A model generated the notes under the pieces. It was given only the letters and a program-made list of their open reading frames with translations, searched no databases and was not told the DNA's origin. A DNA stretch of 46,518 nucleotides from positions 1-46,518 of the forward strand of contig JARKSN010000134.1 of NCBI GenBank assembly GCA_029974275.1. The letters run 5' to 3'. This document shows, in pieces, positions 14,048 through 23,317 of this stretch (positions are counted from its first letter, which is position 1; every line of letters starts with the position of its first letter). The DNA comes from Candidatus Hydrogenedentota bacterium (GTDB lineage Bacteria > Hydrogenedentota > Hydrogenedentia > Hydrogenedentales > SLHB01). Position numbers and translations under genes: made by a program.

Positions 14048-15331
14048 TCATAGTCCCTCGATTCGGTTTTCGTCTTGCGGCGCTTCTTGCGGCAAAACAA
14101 TCCGGAATAGCGCCCCGCCTTCCGGAGCGCGCGACACCGTAATTTGGCCGCCATGTTCCGCCACGGTTTTCTGCGTCACCGCCAGTCCCAACCCAGTGCC
14201 CTGCGATCCCTTAGTCGAGAAAAAAGGCTCGAAAATGCGGTGAATGTATGCGTCGGGTATGCCGGGGCCATTGTCCGCCACCTCGATCGCAAGCCAGCCG
14301 TTATCCGTCTTGGCGGCCGTCATCCGAATATGACCTTCGCCGCGCGAGACGGCTTCGGATGCGTTCAAAAGGAGGTTCAGCATGCAGCGATACAGTCCGC
14401 GCGAATCGAGACGGGCCCGCCGCACGGCCTTGTCCACATGCATCTCCAACGTCACGTCCCGTCGCAAGAGCAGTCCCCAGAAGGTTTGGGAGACCTCCTC
14501 AAACAGCGCTTCCAGATCAATGGTCTCAAGCGCCGGTTTGCGCGGCTTTGAAAAAGCGAGCATGTTCTCCACGAAGCTGGCGATCCGGCGGGCGCTGCGA
14601 CGGAGAATGGGCCAGCCTCGCTTGAGAAATTCGAGGTTTTCCTTCTCGATTCCCTGATCGATGAGATCGACGCTTCCGCTCATGCCCGTCAGAATATTCT
14701 TGATGTGGTGCGACAGCCCGGCCACGGCTTGACCAATGGCGGCAAGACGTTCGGCGCGCAGACTTTCCTCGATGAGTCGCGCATTGGCGATAGTCGTCGC
14801 GGACAAGGCGCAGAACATTTGCATAACGTGCAAATCGGTCGTGGTGAAGGCGGCGCCGCCGACTTTGTTCAACACCTCAATAACGCCGATGAGCTTGTCG
14901 CGGTCCAGCAGCGGCAATGCGAGAAGGGATCGCGTTTTGAAATGAATGCGCTCGTCGGCCAGGCGGAAAAAGCGATCGTCGGTCTGCACATCTTCCACGT
15001 TGATGGGTTCGCGACGCGCGGCGGCGGCTCCCGCAATGCCTTGATCGAGCGCGAGACGTATCTCGCGCTTGAGGGTTTGCTGATCTCCCTCCTCCCCTAA
15101 CGCCACTTGAAAAAACAATTCCTCGGAAACGGGATCATACAGCATAAGGGAACATGCTTCCGCCTGGGCGAGTTGCTTGCCCTCCTCCATGATGCGCTCC
15201 AACAGAGTGTCGAGGTCGGTGATCACCGAGATGAGGCGATGCACGCGATATAGCGCGCTGACGATGCGCTGCAATTCCGCCGCAGGAACATCCAGCAACC
15301 ACGGAACGCTTTGCTGCTCTTCCGTCGCCAT
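14048..15331 (-). CDS. Cytoplasmic GAF-domain sensor histidine kinase
   Basis: GAF ([20 protein letters not shown]), H-box GLSHHIKN, N-box NLLLNA, G1 DNGPGI, F box FEPFFSTK, G2 GTGLGL; no TM helix. Confidence 0.93.
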   Translation of the reverse strand: MATEEQQSVPWLLDVPAAELQRIVSALYRVHRLISVITDLDTLLERIMEEGKQLAQAEACSLMLYDPVSEELFFQVALGEEGDQQTLKREIRLALDQGIAGAAAARREPINVEDVQTDDRFFRLADERIHFKTRSLLALPLLDRDKLIGVIEVLNKVGGAAFTTTDLHVMQMFCALSATTIANARLIEESLRAERLAAIGQAVAGLSHHIKNILTGMSGSVDLIDQGIEKENLEFLKRGWPILRRSARRIASFVENMLAFSKPRKPALETIDLEALFEEVSQTFWGLLLRRDVTLEMHVDKAVRRARLDSRGLYRCMLNLLLNASEAVSRGEGHIRMTAAKTDNGWLAIEVADNGPGIPDAYIHRIFEPFFSTKGSQGTGLGLAVTQKTVAEHGGQITVSRAPEGGALFRIVLPQEAPQDENRIEGL

Positions 15332-15332
15332 G

Positions 15333-16331
15333 TCACCCCCCGGGATGTTTGTCCAACAGTGCGTCTATCCTGGGAAGAGCGCGGTAAACCACGTCCCCCA
15401 CGGCTTGCAGGCTCGCCGCGCAGACCTTGTCCAAGGTGTCCTGAACGGTGTGCCAGTTTCGTTGATGATCCAATATGGATCCTCCGTAGACAAAATCTAT
15501 CAAATCGACCGCGGGAATTCCTGCCTTTCGGAAGGGCATGTGATCATCATCGACTTGCAGCGTGCGTTCCAGGAAGTGCTCTGCGTATCCCAAATCCTGC
15601 GCCGTATTCCACAGACAATCCTCGAGCCAGCGCGGAGCGGTCGGATCCCGATACAACCCCAGGTAGCAGTCTCCGATCATATCGACGTTGATCATCGCCC
15701 GAATGTCAGACAGTTCGCCGCGCTGCCGAATATCCTCCACAAAGGCGCGGCTGCCATACAGGCTGTCCGCGTCCGACCATTTCACCATGGCTTCCTCGCC
15801 ATCGAAAAAAACGATCCACACCGATCGGCCCTCGCGGCTGCCCGAGAGAACCCTCGCCATTTCGATCAGCCAGGCCGTCGACGAACCGGCGTCATTGGCC
15901 CCGAGAAACGTGATGTCCGGAAAAAACTTGGTCTCGTAATGACCGCCTAACACAATGACGCCGGGCGTGGTTCCCTGCGAGACCCCCACTAGATTGACCA
16001 TACGTTTGACCCCAAGCGGCGTATTGGCGTCAAATGCGTGTTCGCGCACCTCAAGACCGGACTCTTTGAGCTCTCGCCGAATATAGTCGCGCAATTGATC
16101 CAAAGCGGCGGAACCTGACGGGCGCGGGCCAAATCCCACCACGGTCTTGAGAACCGCAAAAGCGCGTTCGCCGTCATACGGCGACTGTCGGCTCCGCGTC
16201 GCGACGCGTTCGTTTTCGTTTTTCTTGAACCCTTCGCGCAAGACATAGGACAAACCCAGTAGCGCAAGAACGATCAGAGCTCCGGCCACTGCGATGATCT
16301 TCAAGACGTTTCCTTCCGCATGCTTGCCCAT
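15333..16331 (-). CDS. M28-family zinc enzyme, glutaminyl-peptide cyclotransferase (type II QC)-like, with N-terminal membrane anchor
   Basis: GHYETK, GAND, FFDGEEA..WS..DSLYGSR, NVDMIG, DDDHMPF and WHT motifs; ATG 16331 chosen (GGGG RBS), alternative TTG at 16361. Confidence 0.82.
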   Translation of the reverse strand: MGKHAEGNVLKIIAVAGALIVLALLGLSYVLREGFKKNENERVATRSRQSPYDGERAFAVLKTVVGFGPRPSGSAALDQLRDYIRRELKESGLEVREHAFDANTPLGVKRMVNLVGVSQGTTPGVIVLGGHYETKFFPDITFLGANDAGSSTAWLIEMARVLSGSREGRSVWIVFFDGEEAMVKWSDADSLYGSRAFVEDIRQRGELSDIRAMINVDMIGDCYLGLYRDPTAPRWLEDCLWNTAQDLGYAEHFLERTLQVDDDHMPFRKAGIPAVDLIDFVYGGSILDHQRNWHTVQDTLDKVCAASLQAVGDVVYRALPRIDALLDKHPGG

Positions 16332-16423
16332 TGACCCCAATCCCGCGGCATTGGCCGTCAAGCCGCCCCTCTGCCCTTTCTGAAAACGGGAACCCTCTCT
16401 TCGCGAAAAGGCTCTGCCTTTCC

Positions 16424-16453
16424 ATTATGCGAATTCGACGGCCTCGATCACAA
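16424..16453 (-). promoter_or_regulatory. Putative sigma70 promoter for the QC-kinase operon
   Basis: TTGTGA-N18-CATAAT on the minus strand. Confidence 0.35.
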
Positions 16454-16487
16454 CTGGGCCGGGATATGCGAAGACTATCGTCCAACA

Positions 16488-16496
16488 TGCTATACT
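16488..16496 (+). promoter_or_regulatory. Putative extended -10 promoter of the CoA transferase
   Basis: TGC-TATACT. Confidence 0.45.
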
Positions 16497-16638
16497 GCCG
16501 CCGCTGTAGCGAAAGGGGACCCATACGGGTAGAGCGAGCGCCGCGTTTTCTGAATGACGGCGGCGCAGGCCGCGGATATCTCCACGTTCCAAGCGCGGCC
16601 TGCTTCGGGAGAGAATTTCAAGGGGAGGGTAGGCTGCA

Positions 16639-18189
16639 ATGGCCACGGTAGTGAGCGCCCGGGACGCGATAGCGAAAATTCCGGACGGCGCGACGGTTCT
16701 GGTGAATCCGGTCGCCATCGAAGAGGTTTTTTCCGCCGTTGAGGAATCGTTTTTGGAAACGGGTCGTCCTTCCGGCTTGACTTTTGTCTGGAGCGCCGGA
16801 ATAGGCCCCTTCAGCGACGAGCCGCGCGGCCTGAATCATTTTGGCCACGCCGGACTTGCCAAGCGCTACATTGGCGGCCACTTCGGACTGAACCACAAAG
16901 TGGTCAAACTCATCGCCGCCAATCAGGTCGAGGCGTACAACCTGCCGCAGGGAACCCTCGCCCAGCTCTATCGGGAAATCGCCGCGAAGCGAGCCGGGCT
17001 GTTAACCACGGTCGGCCTGGGAACCTTCGTGGATCCGCGCATCGAAGGCGGAAAGCTCAACAATCGCACGCGCAACGCGGAAGACCTCGTGGAACTGGTT
17101 CGGCTGAATGGCGAGGAAATGTTGTTGTACAAAACATTTCCCGTGCACGTAGGCATCATTCGCGGCACAGCGGCCGATCCGTCGGGCAACATCACCGCAG
17201 ACGATGAGGCGATCGTGATGGAGATGCTCGAGGTTGCCATGGCCGTCAAGAATTGCGGCGGGTTCGTCATCGCGCAGGTGGAGGCACTGCTCGATGCGCC
17301 CGCCTATCCGCATCATGTGCGTGTGCCGGGATTGTTCGTAGACTACGTGGTGAAGGCGTCTTCCCGCAGCATGCATCCCCACACGCTCTTTGTCGAACGA
17401 GACCCTTCCTATTCCGGACGACAACGCGTCGATCTACGTCAGGAGGTTCATCCGCTCCCTCTCAGCATCGAGAAAATCATCTGCCGCCGCGCCGCAATGG
17501 AGCTCCGCCCCGGCATGAGCATCAACCTGGGGGTAGGCATTCCGATGGGCGTGGCCGCCGTGGCCTTCGAGGAGGGACTGCTGGACAGCGTAACGATGAA
17601 TAACGAGGTGGGAGCCGTGGGCGGTCTGCCGGAAGGCGGAAAGAATTTCGGCCCAGCCAAAAATCCGTCTGCCTTTCTTTCGCAGCCACAGATGTTTGAT
17701 TTTTATGACGGCGGCGGGCTCGACCTGACCTGCGTAGGTCTCGCGCAAGCAGACCGGGAAGGAAACGTCAACGTCAGCAAAATCGGCCCCAAAATCATCG
17801 GCTGCGGCGGCTTCATCGACATCACGCAATCCGCACAAACCTGTCTTTTCTGCGGCGAATTCAATGCAGGGGCGCGTAGCGCGCACGTCGAGGACGGGCG
17901 TCTCGTCATCGAGCAAGACGGTTCGATCCCCAAATTCGTCGACGCCGTCGAGCAGATAACCTTTAGCGGATCCGTTGCGCGCCAACGGGACAAGCGCATC
18001 CTCTTTATCACCGAACGGTGCGTATTCACGTTGACGCGGTCCGGGCTCGAACTCTCGGAGGCGGCCCCAGGCGTCGACATCCAACGGGACATCCTCGATC
18101 GCATGGCCTTTACGCCTATTGTTCCCGCCACCGTGCCGCTGATGGATGCCCGCATTTTCCGCGAAGCTCCCATGGGCCTGGCCGATTGA
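16639..18189 (+). CDS. Family I acyl-CoA:short-chain acid CoA transferase (YdiF/Pct type, fused subunits)
   Basis: AYNLPQG, VGLGTFVDPR, NLGVGIP, catalytic ExG (NNEVG), QMFDFYDGGGLD, GCGGFIDI, VEQITFSG, ITERCVF. Confidence 0.92.
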   Translation: MATVVSARDAIAKIPDGATVLVNPVAIEEVFSAVEESFLETGRPSGLTFVWSAGIGPFSDEPRGLNHFGHAGLAKRYIGGHFGLNHKVVKLIAANQVEAYNLPQGTLAQLYREIAAKRAGLLTTVGLGTFVDPRIEGGKLNNRTRNAEDLVELVRLNGEEMLLYKTFPVHVGIIRGTAADPSGNITADDEAIVMEMLEVAMAVKNCGGFVIAQVEALLDAPAYPHHVRVPGLFVDYVVKASSRSMHPHTLFVERDPSYSGRQRVDLRQEVHPLPLSIEKIICRRAAMELRPGMSINLGVGIPMGVAAVAFEEGLLDSVTMNNEVGAVGGLPEGGKNFGPAKNPSAFLSQPQMFDFYDGGGLDLTCVGLAQADREGNVNVSKIGPKIIGCGGFIDITQSAQTCLFCGEFNAGARSAHVEDGRLVIEQDGSIPKFVDAVEQITFSGSVARQRDKRILFITERCVFTLTRSGLELSEAAPGVDIQRDILDRMAFTPIVPATVPLMDARIFREAPMGLAD

Positions 18190-18238
18190 AATGCGATGGG
18201 ACCGTAACGATCCCCGCATGCAAGAGCCTATGCAAACG

Positions 18239-19549
18239 TCACTGTCCTGAGGCTTTGGCGTCGCGCTCACGATGTTTGGCATGAGTGGCGCGTAAACGCC
18301 AAATCATGACCAGCATCAACACGGTGAACAGGATGCTCATGGCCAGCGCAAGTCGGTTGGTGTTGCGCATTCCTGCCGCAATATCGCCTCGAATCAGCCA
18401 ACCGATGACCTCTTCCTGGATGATGGGGCCGATGCTCGCCACGCCGTTGACAATGCCCGCCACGGCCACGCCGTTGCGCTCTCCCGCGACCGAAACCGCC
18501 GCTGCGCCACTGAGCAGGGTGTCGGGACCGTACACCATAAATCCGACAAGACCGAACCATACCGCCATCGACGCGGGACTGGCGCCGAGGTAAATCACCG
18601 CAAGATAGCCGGTGATCATCCCAAGACCCATGACAAAACAGAGCACGGCCCAGTTTCCGCGAAAGAGGCGGTCCACCGCGATGCCTGCCGCCACCGCGCC
18701 CGCCAGACCGGCCCAGTCGAAGATCGAGGAATAGTAGCTGGCGCGGGCGACGTCCATGCCTTGATAGTTCAGGAAGGCCGGCAGCCACGAATCCAACGCG
18801 TATCGCAGGAACTTGATGCTGAAGTAGCTAATTCCCATCGTCAACACGAGGGGGTTCAGCGCTATTTGCAGGTACTGCGCCCACGTCACCTGCAGATCTT
18901 CCGATGCGCGCACCGCCCGTCCGTCGTGTTCGCGATCTTGGACAATCGGATCGAGGCCCACGTCCTCGGGGCGATTGCGCTGCCACAGATACAGGAGCAC
19001 CCAGACAAAGCACGTGAGGGCCGACAGGCCGACGAATGAAAAGCGCCACCCGTACGAGTGCAGCAATAGCCCGCCGACGAATTTCACGACCATGTTGCCG
19101 ACCACGTAGCTTGTGCACCAGAATCCCATGATGGCGCCGCGCTCCTTGGGGCGCAGCCATTCGGCCACGCCGCCCACCGCGCCCGGCCAGCCGCTGGCTT
19201 GGGCCAGTCCGCTGACAATCATCAAGCAGATAAAAGTTGCGTAGGAATTGGCAAGGCCTAACATGGCATTGATAACGATGGAAATGCCCAATCCGCCCAG
19301 CAAAAGCGCCCGCGGACCGTGCTTGCGCCCCAAGTAGCTGCAGACGAACTGTCCGACGGCGTAGGCGATCAGGTAGGAGGTCCAGATGTGCGCGATGGCC
19401 TGGCTGTCCCAGTCGAAATCGGCCTGGATGGACGTTTTGCAGATGGTGTACGCCTTGCGCGTGAGGTAGTACCCCGCGTACGCGGCGTACGTCGCGAGAA
19501 AAATGCGCCAGCGCCAGAAGCGTTGCTCGGATGTCAGAGAAGTCTCCAC
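18239..19549 (-). CDS. MFS transporter, organophosphate:Pi antiporter (GlpT/UhpC) family
   Basis: YAGYYLTRK, ERG..MGFW, KFLRY..DSWLP, GFMVYGPD; 12-TM pattern; GTG 19549 with GGGGA RBS. Confidence 0.87.
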   Translation of the reverse strand: METSLTSEQRFWRWRIFLATYAAYAGYYLTRKAYTICKTSIQADFDWDSQAIAHIWTSYLIAYAVGQFVCSYLGRKHGPRALLLGGLGISIVINAMLGLANSYATFICLMIVSGLAQASGWPGAVGGVAEWLRPKERGAIMGFWCTSYVVGNMVVKFVGGLLLHSYGWRFSFVGLSALTCFVWVLLYLWQRNRPEDVGLDPIVQDREHDGRAVRASEDLQVTWAQYLQIALNPLVLTMGISYFSIKFLRYALDSWLPAFLNYQGMDVARASYYSSIFDWAGLAGAVAAGIAVDRLFRGNWAVLCFVMGLGMITGYLAVIYLGASPASMAVWFGLVGFMVYGPDTLLSGAAAVSVAGERNGVAVAGIVNGVASIGPIIQEEVIGWLIRGDIAAGMRNTNRLALAMSILFTVLMLVMIWRLRATHAKHRERDAKASGQ

Positions 19550-19655
19550 GCGCAAAATCCCCCAAAGAAAATCAGTGGGCGAGATTATAAGATACTGCGT
19601 CAGTGAATATCCCGTTTCGCGAACAGGACGGGCGAGCATGCGGAAGTGCTTGCAT

Positions 19656-20369
19656 CTACCTCATGATGCCCTGTTCGGCAAGAGCCTTTTCGGCGGCCTC
19701 GGCCCAGCCCCGGTTCGCGGCGGGACTCGCAGGACTGGGGTGCGGGATGCGCCCGACGGTGACGGACATTCCCGCCAATGCCGCGCGAGCCCGTGTATCG
19801 GCAAAACCGCCGATGCCGAGCACGTAGCGCGGTTGCATGGATTCGACAATCCGGCGCAGTGCGCGATCGCACATGTCGAGAAGCGGCGTCCGCTCGTTCG
19901 CAGGCAGTTTGTCGGGCGTGAGGTTGCTGCCGCTTTCCGTCATGAAACAGAGCGGACAGTAGTTCACCACGAAAAAACGAGCGAAGAAACGGTCGGGCGT
20001 TCCGAAACGGTCGCGGGCCCATCCCCACAAGCGGGCGCCGCTCACCTCGCCGCGAGGACATGCGAACCCCTGCACGGGGCGCCTAGGATGTTCGCGCGGC
20101 GGCGCACCAACTTCGTCCTCGATGCCAAGCCAATCGCGCACCATCGTCACATCGCCAAACGGGACGCCGGTCTGCGCCATGCCGAACGGGCCGGGGTTCA
20201 TGCCCACCAAAATAATTTCGCGCATGCCTTGACCGTAGCGTTTCCAATACAACGCATGCGGCGCACAGGCATACTCCAACGGGTTGTACACATGCGTCAC
20301 CGGAGCGCCGAAACGCAACGCGGAGAGATCGCGCACGAACGCGCCGATGAACGGATTCACGTCAAGCAT
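19656..20369 (-). CDS. Single-strand-selective monofunctional uracil-DNA glycosylase (SMUG1, UDG family 3)
   Basis: VYNPLEYA, GMNPGPFGMAQTGVPFG, EVSG.RLWG, NYCPL and HPSP motifs. Confidence 0.93.
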   Translation of the reverse strand: MLDVNPFIGAFVRDLSALRFGAPVTHVYNPLEYACAPHALYWKRYGQGMREIILVGMNPGPFGMAQTGVPFGDVTMVRDWLGIEDEVGAPPREHPRRPVQGFACPRGEVSGARLWGWARDRFGTPDRFFARFFVVNYCPLCFMTESGSNLTPDKLPANERTPLLDMCDRALRRIVESMQPRYVLGIGGFADTRARAALAGMSVTVGRIPHPSPASPAANRGWAEAAEKALAEQGIMR

Positions 20370-20452
20370 AAGCGCCTGACAACTGCGGCGTAAAGCGCCA
20401 TGAAGCGTTCCTGAAACGGTTTGGGGAAATCTCGAGTTCCCCCGGGCTTGCC

Positions 20453-23170
20453 TTATACCTGCACCTCAAACGTCACAATCCTGTACGGCCCGCATGCATA
20501 GCGCAACACGCCCTTGGCAACTCGTAGCGCAGCCCCGACGCGCTTCTCGCAGAGATCCGTCGCATAAGCCTTCTTAATTGGCCGAAACAACGCCAATAGG
20601 CCTTTCTGCGTGTTCGGACCGGGGTTATACAGCCGCACAATGAGATGGTTATTCCACTCGCATTTCTTGACCGCGCTGAGCACGAGCGCATCATTGCCAA
20701 TGTCCATCATGGTGGCGTGGTCGGGCAGCTTCCCCTCGCGCGGCACGGGCAGATACTTCTGCTTGGCGCGCTCCTCGTCCATCTCGATGCCCATCTGCCG
20801 CAGGTCGGTTCCGCCGTGCACGTCCGCGCGCGTCACACACGGCGCGATGTTATGCCGCAACGATTCCTGCATCACCGGAGCCCAGTCGCCCTTGAAGGCC
20901 ATGAACGCATAGCGGAACTCCATCGCACGCAGGCACTGCGCCTCCGGCGCGGCCAGCGCGGGGGACGCGCCATAGCGCCGCGTGGGAACGTCCTCGCGTC
21001 CAAGCCACCCCACGGAACGAAACAAGGTCTGCGCCATTACCCGCCGGTTCTTGTCGCGAACGACCTGATATTCGGGCAAGCCGTCGTTGATAATCGCGAA
21101 TCCCTTCTTCCCATCTGTAAGACATGAAAAACGAAGCTGATGCTGCGTCGGATAGGGCGGCAGCTTCGGCTTCGCGGGGGGCAGGTCAAATGCGCGCTCG
21201 ATCGCCGCGAAATGACCGTCGGCCAGCACCATGTCCGTCTCGACGGACGCAGGGAAAAGCGCCCGCACGCGGTGGTCCTTTATGTTGTTATCGACGCGCG
21301 TGACGATATCGACGCGCGGCGAGCCGGCGCGGCATGTCACTTCCGATTCAATCACGAACGGCGCAAGTTTCTTCGAGCGCGCCTTGTGGTCAGACGTGAG
21401 ACTCGCGGGAAGTTTCATCTCGTGCGTGATGCGCCACGTCGCAGAAAATGGCCCCGCATGCACCCGCTCGATCGCTGGGCGGCTCTTCGCCGTCGTAAAG
21501 GTTTGCGAGTTGTTGTCGAGATAGGACCAGTTGTATTCGTCGCCGCAGTCCTCGACATCCTCGAACACGAGCAAGTCCTTGTGGGTGGTATTTGTGGCCT
21601 TGTCATAAAGCGTCAGGGAACCGTTGGCGGAGATGCTGAGCGCGTAGAAGGTGTTTTCGAAGCGCTTCGTCGCGATCTTGCATCGCGGCGCCACCGGACG
21701 CGGCGCGCCTTCCCGCACGTACAACGTGCGATAGCCAAACGGAGGCAAATCAATCTCCAACTCGATGGCGTGTCGCATCACATCAAACGGCTTGAGCGCT
21801 TCCCACCAATTCTTGCGCTCCACCGAAAGCAACTCGTAGGGAACCTCGCGCCCGTTTTCATCGAACAATGCGAAGCTGTCCCATGGCTCGTCATATGGCA
21901 CCAGATCGATGTCAATGCGCACGACTTCCTTACGCGCAGTCGGCAAGGTATTGAACGCCAACACCGGCGCTCCAGCTTGCTTCGAGTTGTCGGTGTTCAG
22001 CGCGAAGCGCCGCAACGCCAGGCGATACAACATATGCCCGACCTGATGCACGCGCCCGAGAGTCATCTCCGCCTCGGCATGCACGCGGTCGACCGACGCG
22101 CCGCACACGTCGTCGTGCGGGTGCGTCTTCATCAACTCTTCCCATGCGTGCCAGAGTTGGTCCTGCGGATACTCGAAGCACCCCGCAATCCACGCGACCG
22201 AACAGATCGGCTCGGTCCATTTTTCGAGCAGGTCTTCGCACTCCTGGTTCAGCATCTTCATGTAGATGCGCGACGAATCAACGCCGCGCAGAAGGTCGCC
22301 GTACTGATACATCATCTCGCCGCGATGGGTCTTTAGTTTTACATTGGCAAGTTCGCGCTTGATCTGGGCGATGTATTCTTCAAACGACGCAATGCGAAAA
22401 TCATGCTGCGGGAAGCGCGTGCCGAGACGCCTCAGAATTTGCGGCAGATCCGCCTGATGCGTCGCTTGATCGATGCCGTTGCCCAAGACCAATGACTGCG
22501 CGACGGAATGATCTTGCAGGAGCTTGCAACCGGTTTCGATCTGATCGATGGCGAACGAAAAGTCTTTTACCATGAATTCCGTGTCGCCCCAGTTTGTCGC
22601 GTAGCCCAAATGGGTGCCGCTGCCGTAGAAGGGGCGCATCTGCGAGCAAAGCACTTCCGATCCGTCGGGCCCGCGCCACACGAATTCGACGTCGAGTTTG
22701 GTCGTCTCCTGATCGATACCGCGAAAGAACATGAAGGACTCCATGCCAAATCCACGCAGGAGTTGCGGAAGCTGTGCGATGTGGCCGAAGGGGTCGGGCA
22801 CGTAGCCCACGCCCATGGTGTGACCAAACGCATCGCTGATCTTTCGCCCCAGCATGAGATTGCGGATGAGCGATTCCGGGCTAACCAAAAATTCGTCCGG
22901 CAGAACGTACCACGGGCCGACGTATAGACGACGCGCATGAATGAGCTTGCGCAAGCGATCGCGGTTGTGCGGACGGATTTCGAGGTAGTCGTTTAGCGCG
23001 ATGGCCTGTCCATCAAGCGTAAAACTTGTGAACGATGGGTCGGTTTCCAACGTACGCATAAGCCCATCGATCATCGTGACCAGCCGCAAACGAAACTCCT
23101 CGAACGGCACGTACCACGCACGGTCCCAGTGCGTATGCGGAACCACAAACACCTTGCGTTTTTTCGGCAT
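20453..23170 (-). CDS. Glycoside hydrolase family 38 (alpha-mannosidase / MngB-like)
   Basis: HTHWDRAWY, TLDGQ, VGPWYVLPDEFL, PDPFGHIAQLPQ, HPHDDVCG; ATG 23170 with GGAGGAG RBS. Confidence 0.92.
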   Translation of the reverse strand: MPKKRKVFVVPHTHWDRAWYVPFEEFRLRLVTMIDGLMRTLETDPSFTSFTLDGQAIALNDYLEIRPHNRDRLRKLIHARRLYVGPWYVLPDEFLVSPESLIRNLMLGRKISDAFGHTMGVGYVPDPFGHIAQLPQLLRGFGMESFMFFRGIDQETTKLDVEFVWRGPDGSEVLCSQMRPFYGSGTHLGYATNWGDTEFMVKDFSFAIDQIETGCKLLQDHSVAQSLVLGNGIDQATHQADLPQILRRLGTRFPQHDFRIASFEEYIAQIKRELANVKLKTHRGEMMYQYGDLLRGVDSSRIYMKMLNQECEDLLEKWTEPICSVAWIAGCFEYPQDQLWHAWEELMKTHPHDDVCGASVDRVHAEAEMTLGRVHQVGHMLYRLALRRFALNTDNSKQAGAPVLAFNTLPTARKEVVRIDIDLVPYDEPWDSFALFDENGREVPYELLSVERKNWWEALKPFDVMRHAIELEIDLPPFGYRTLYVREGAPRPVAPRCKIATKRFENTFYALSISANGSLTLYDKATNTTHKDLLVFEDVEDCGDEYNWSYLDNNSQTFTTAKSRPAIERVHAGPFSATWRITHEMKLPASLTSDHKARSKKLAPFVIESEVTCRAGSPRVDIVTRVDNNIKDHRVRALFPASVETDMVLADGHFAAIERAFDLPPAKPKLPPYPTQHQLRFSCLTDGKKGFAIINDGLPEYQVVRDKNRRVMAQTLFRSVGWLGREDVPTRRYGASPALAAPEAQCLRAMEFRYAFMAFKGDWAPVMQESLRHNIAPCVTRADVHGGTDLRQMGIEMDEERAKQKYLPVPREGKLPDHATMMDIGNDALVLSAVKKCEWNNHLIVRLYNPGPNTQKGLLALFRPIKKAYATDLCEKRVGAALRVAKGVLRYACGPYRIVTFEVQV

Positions 23171-23197
23171 GAAATCGGATCTCCTCCATCCCTCTTT

Positions 23198-23258
23198 CTC
23201 TGCGAACTCAGCGACCTCTGCGAACCCTGCATTCAAGATACCAACGCAGAGGCGCAAA
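23198..23258. repeat. Short intergenic REP-like palindromic element
   Basis: CTCTGCGAA occurs twice (23198, 23216); CCTCTGCG (23215-23222) is inverted with CGCAGAGG (23245-23252). Confidence 0.4.
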
Positions 23259-23317
23259 GATCCCAAAGGATAATTGCTCTCGCTCTAGCTATTTGATCTC
23301 TTTGTGCGTTTCACCCG

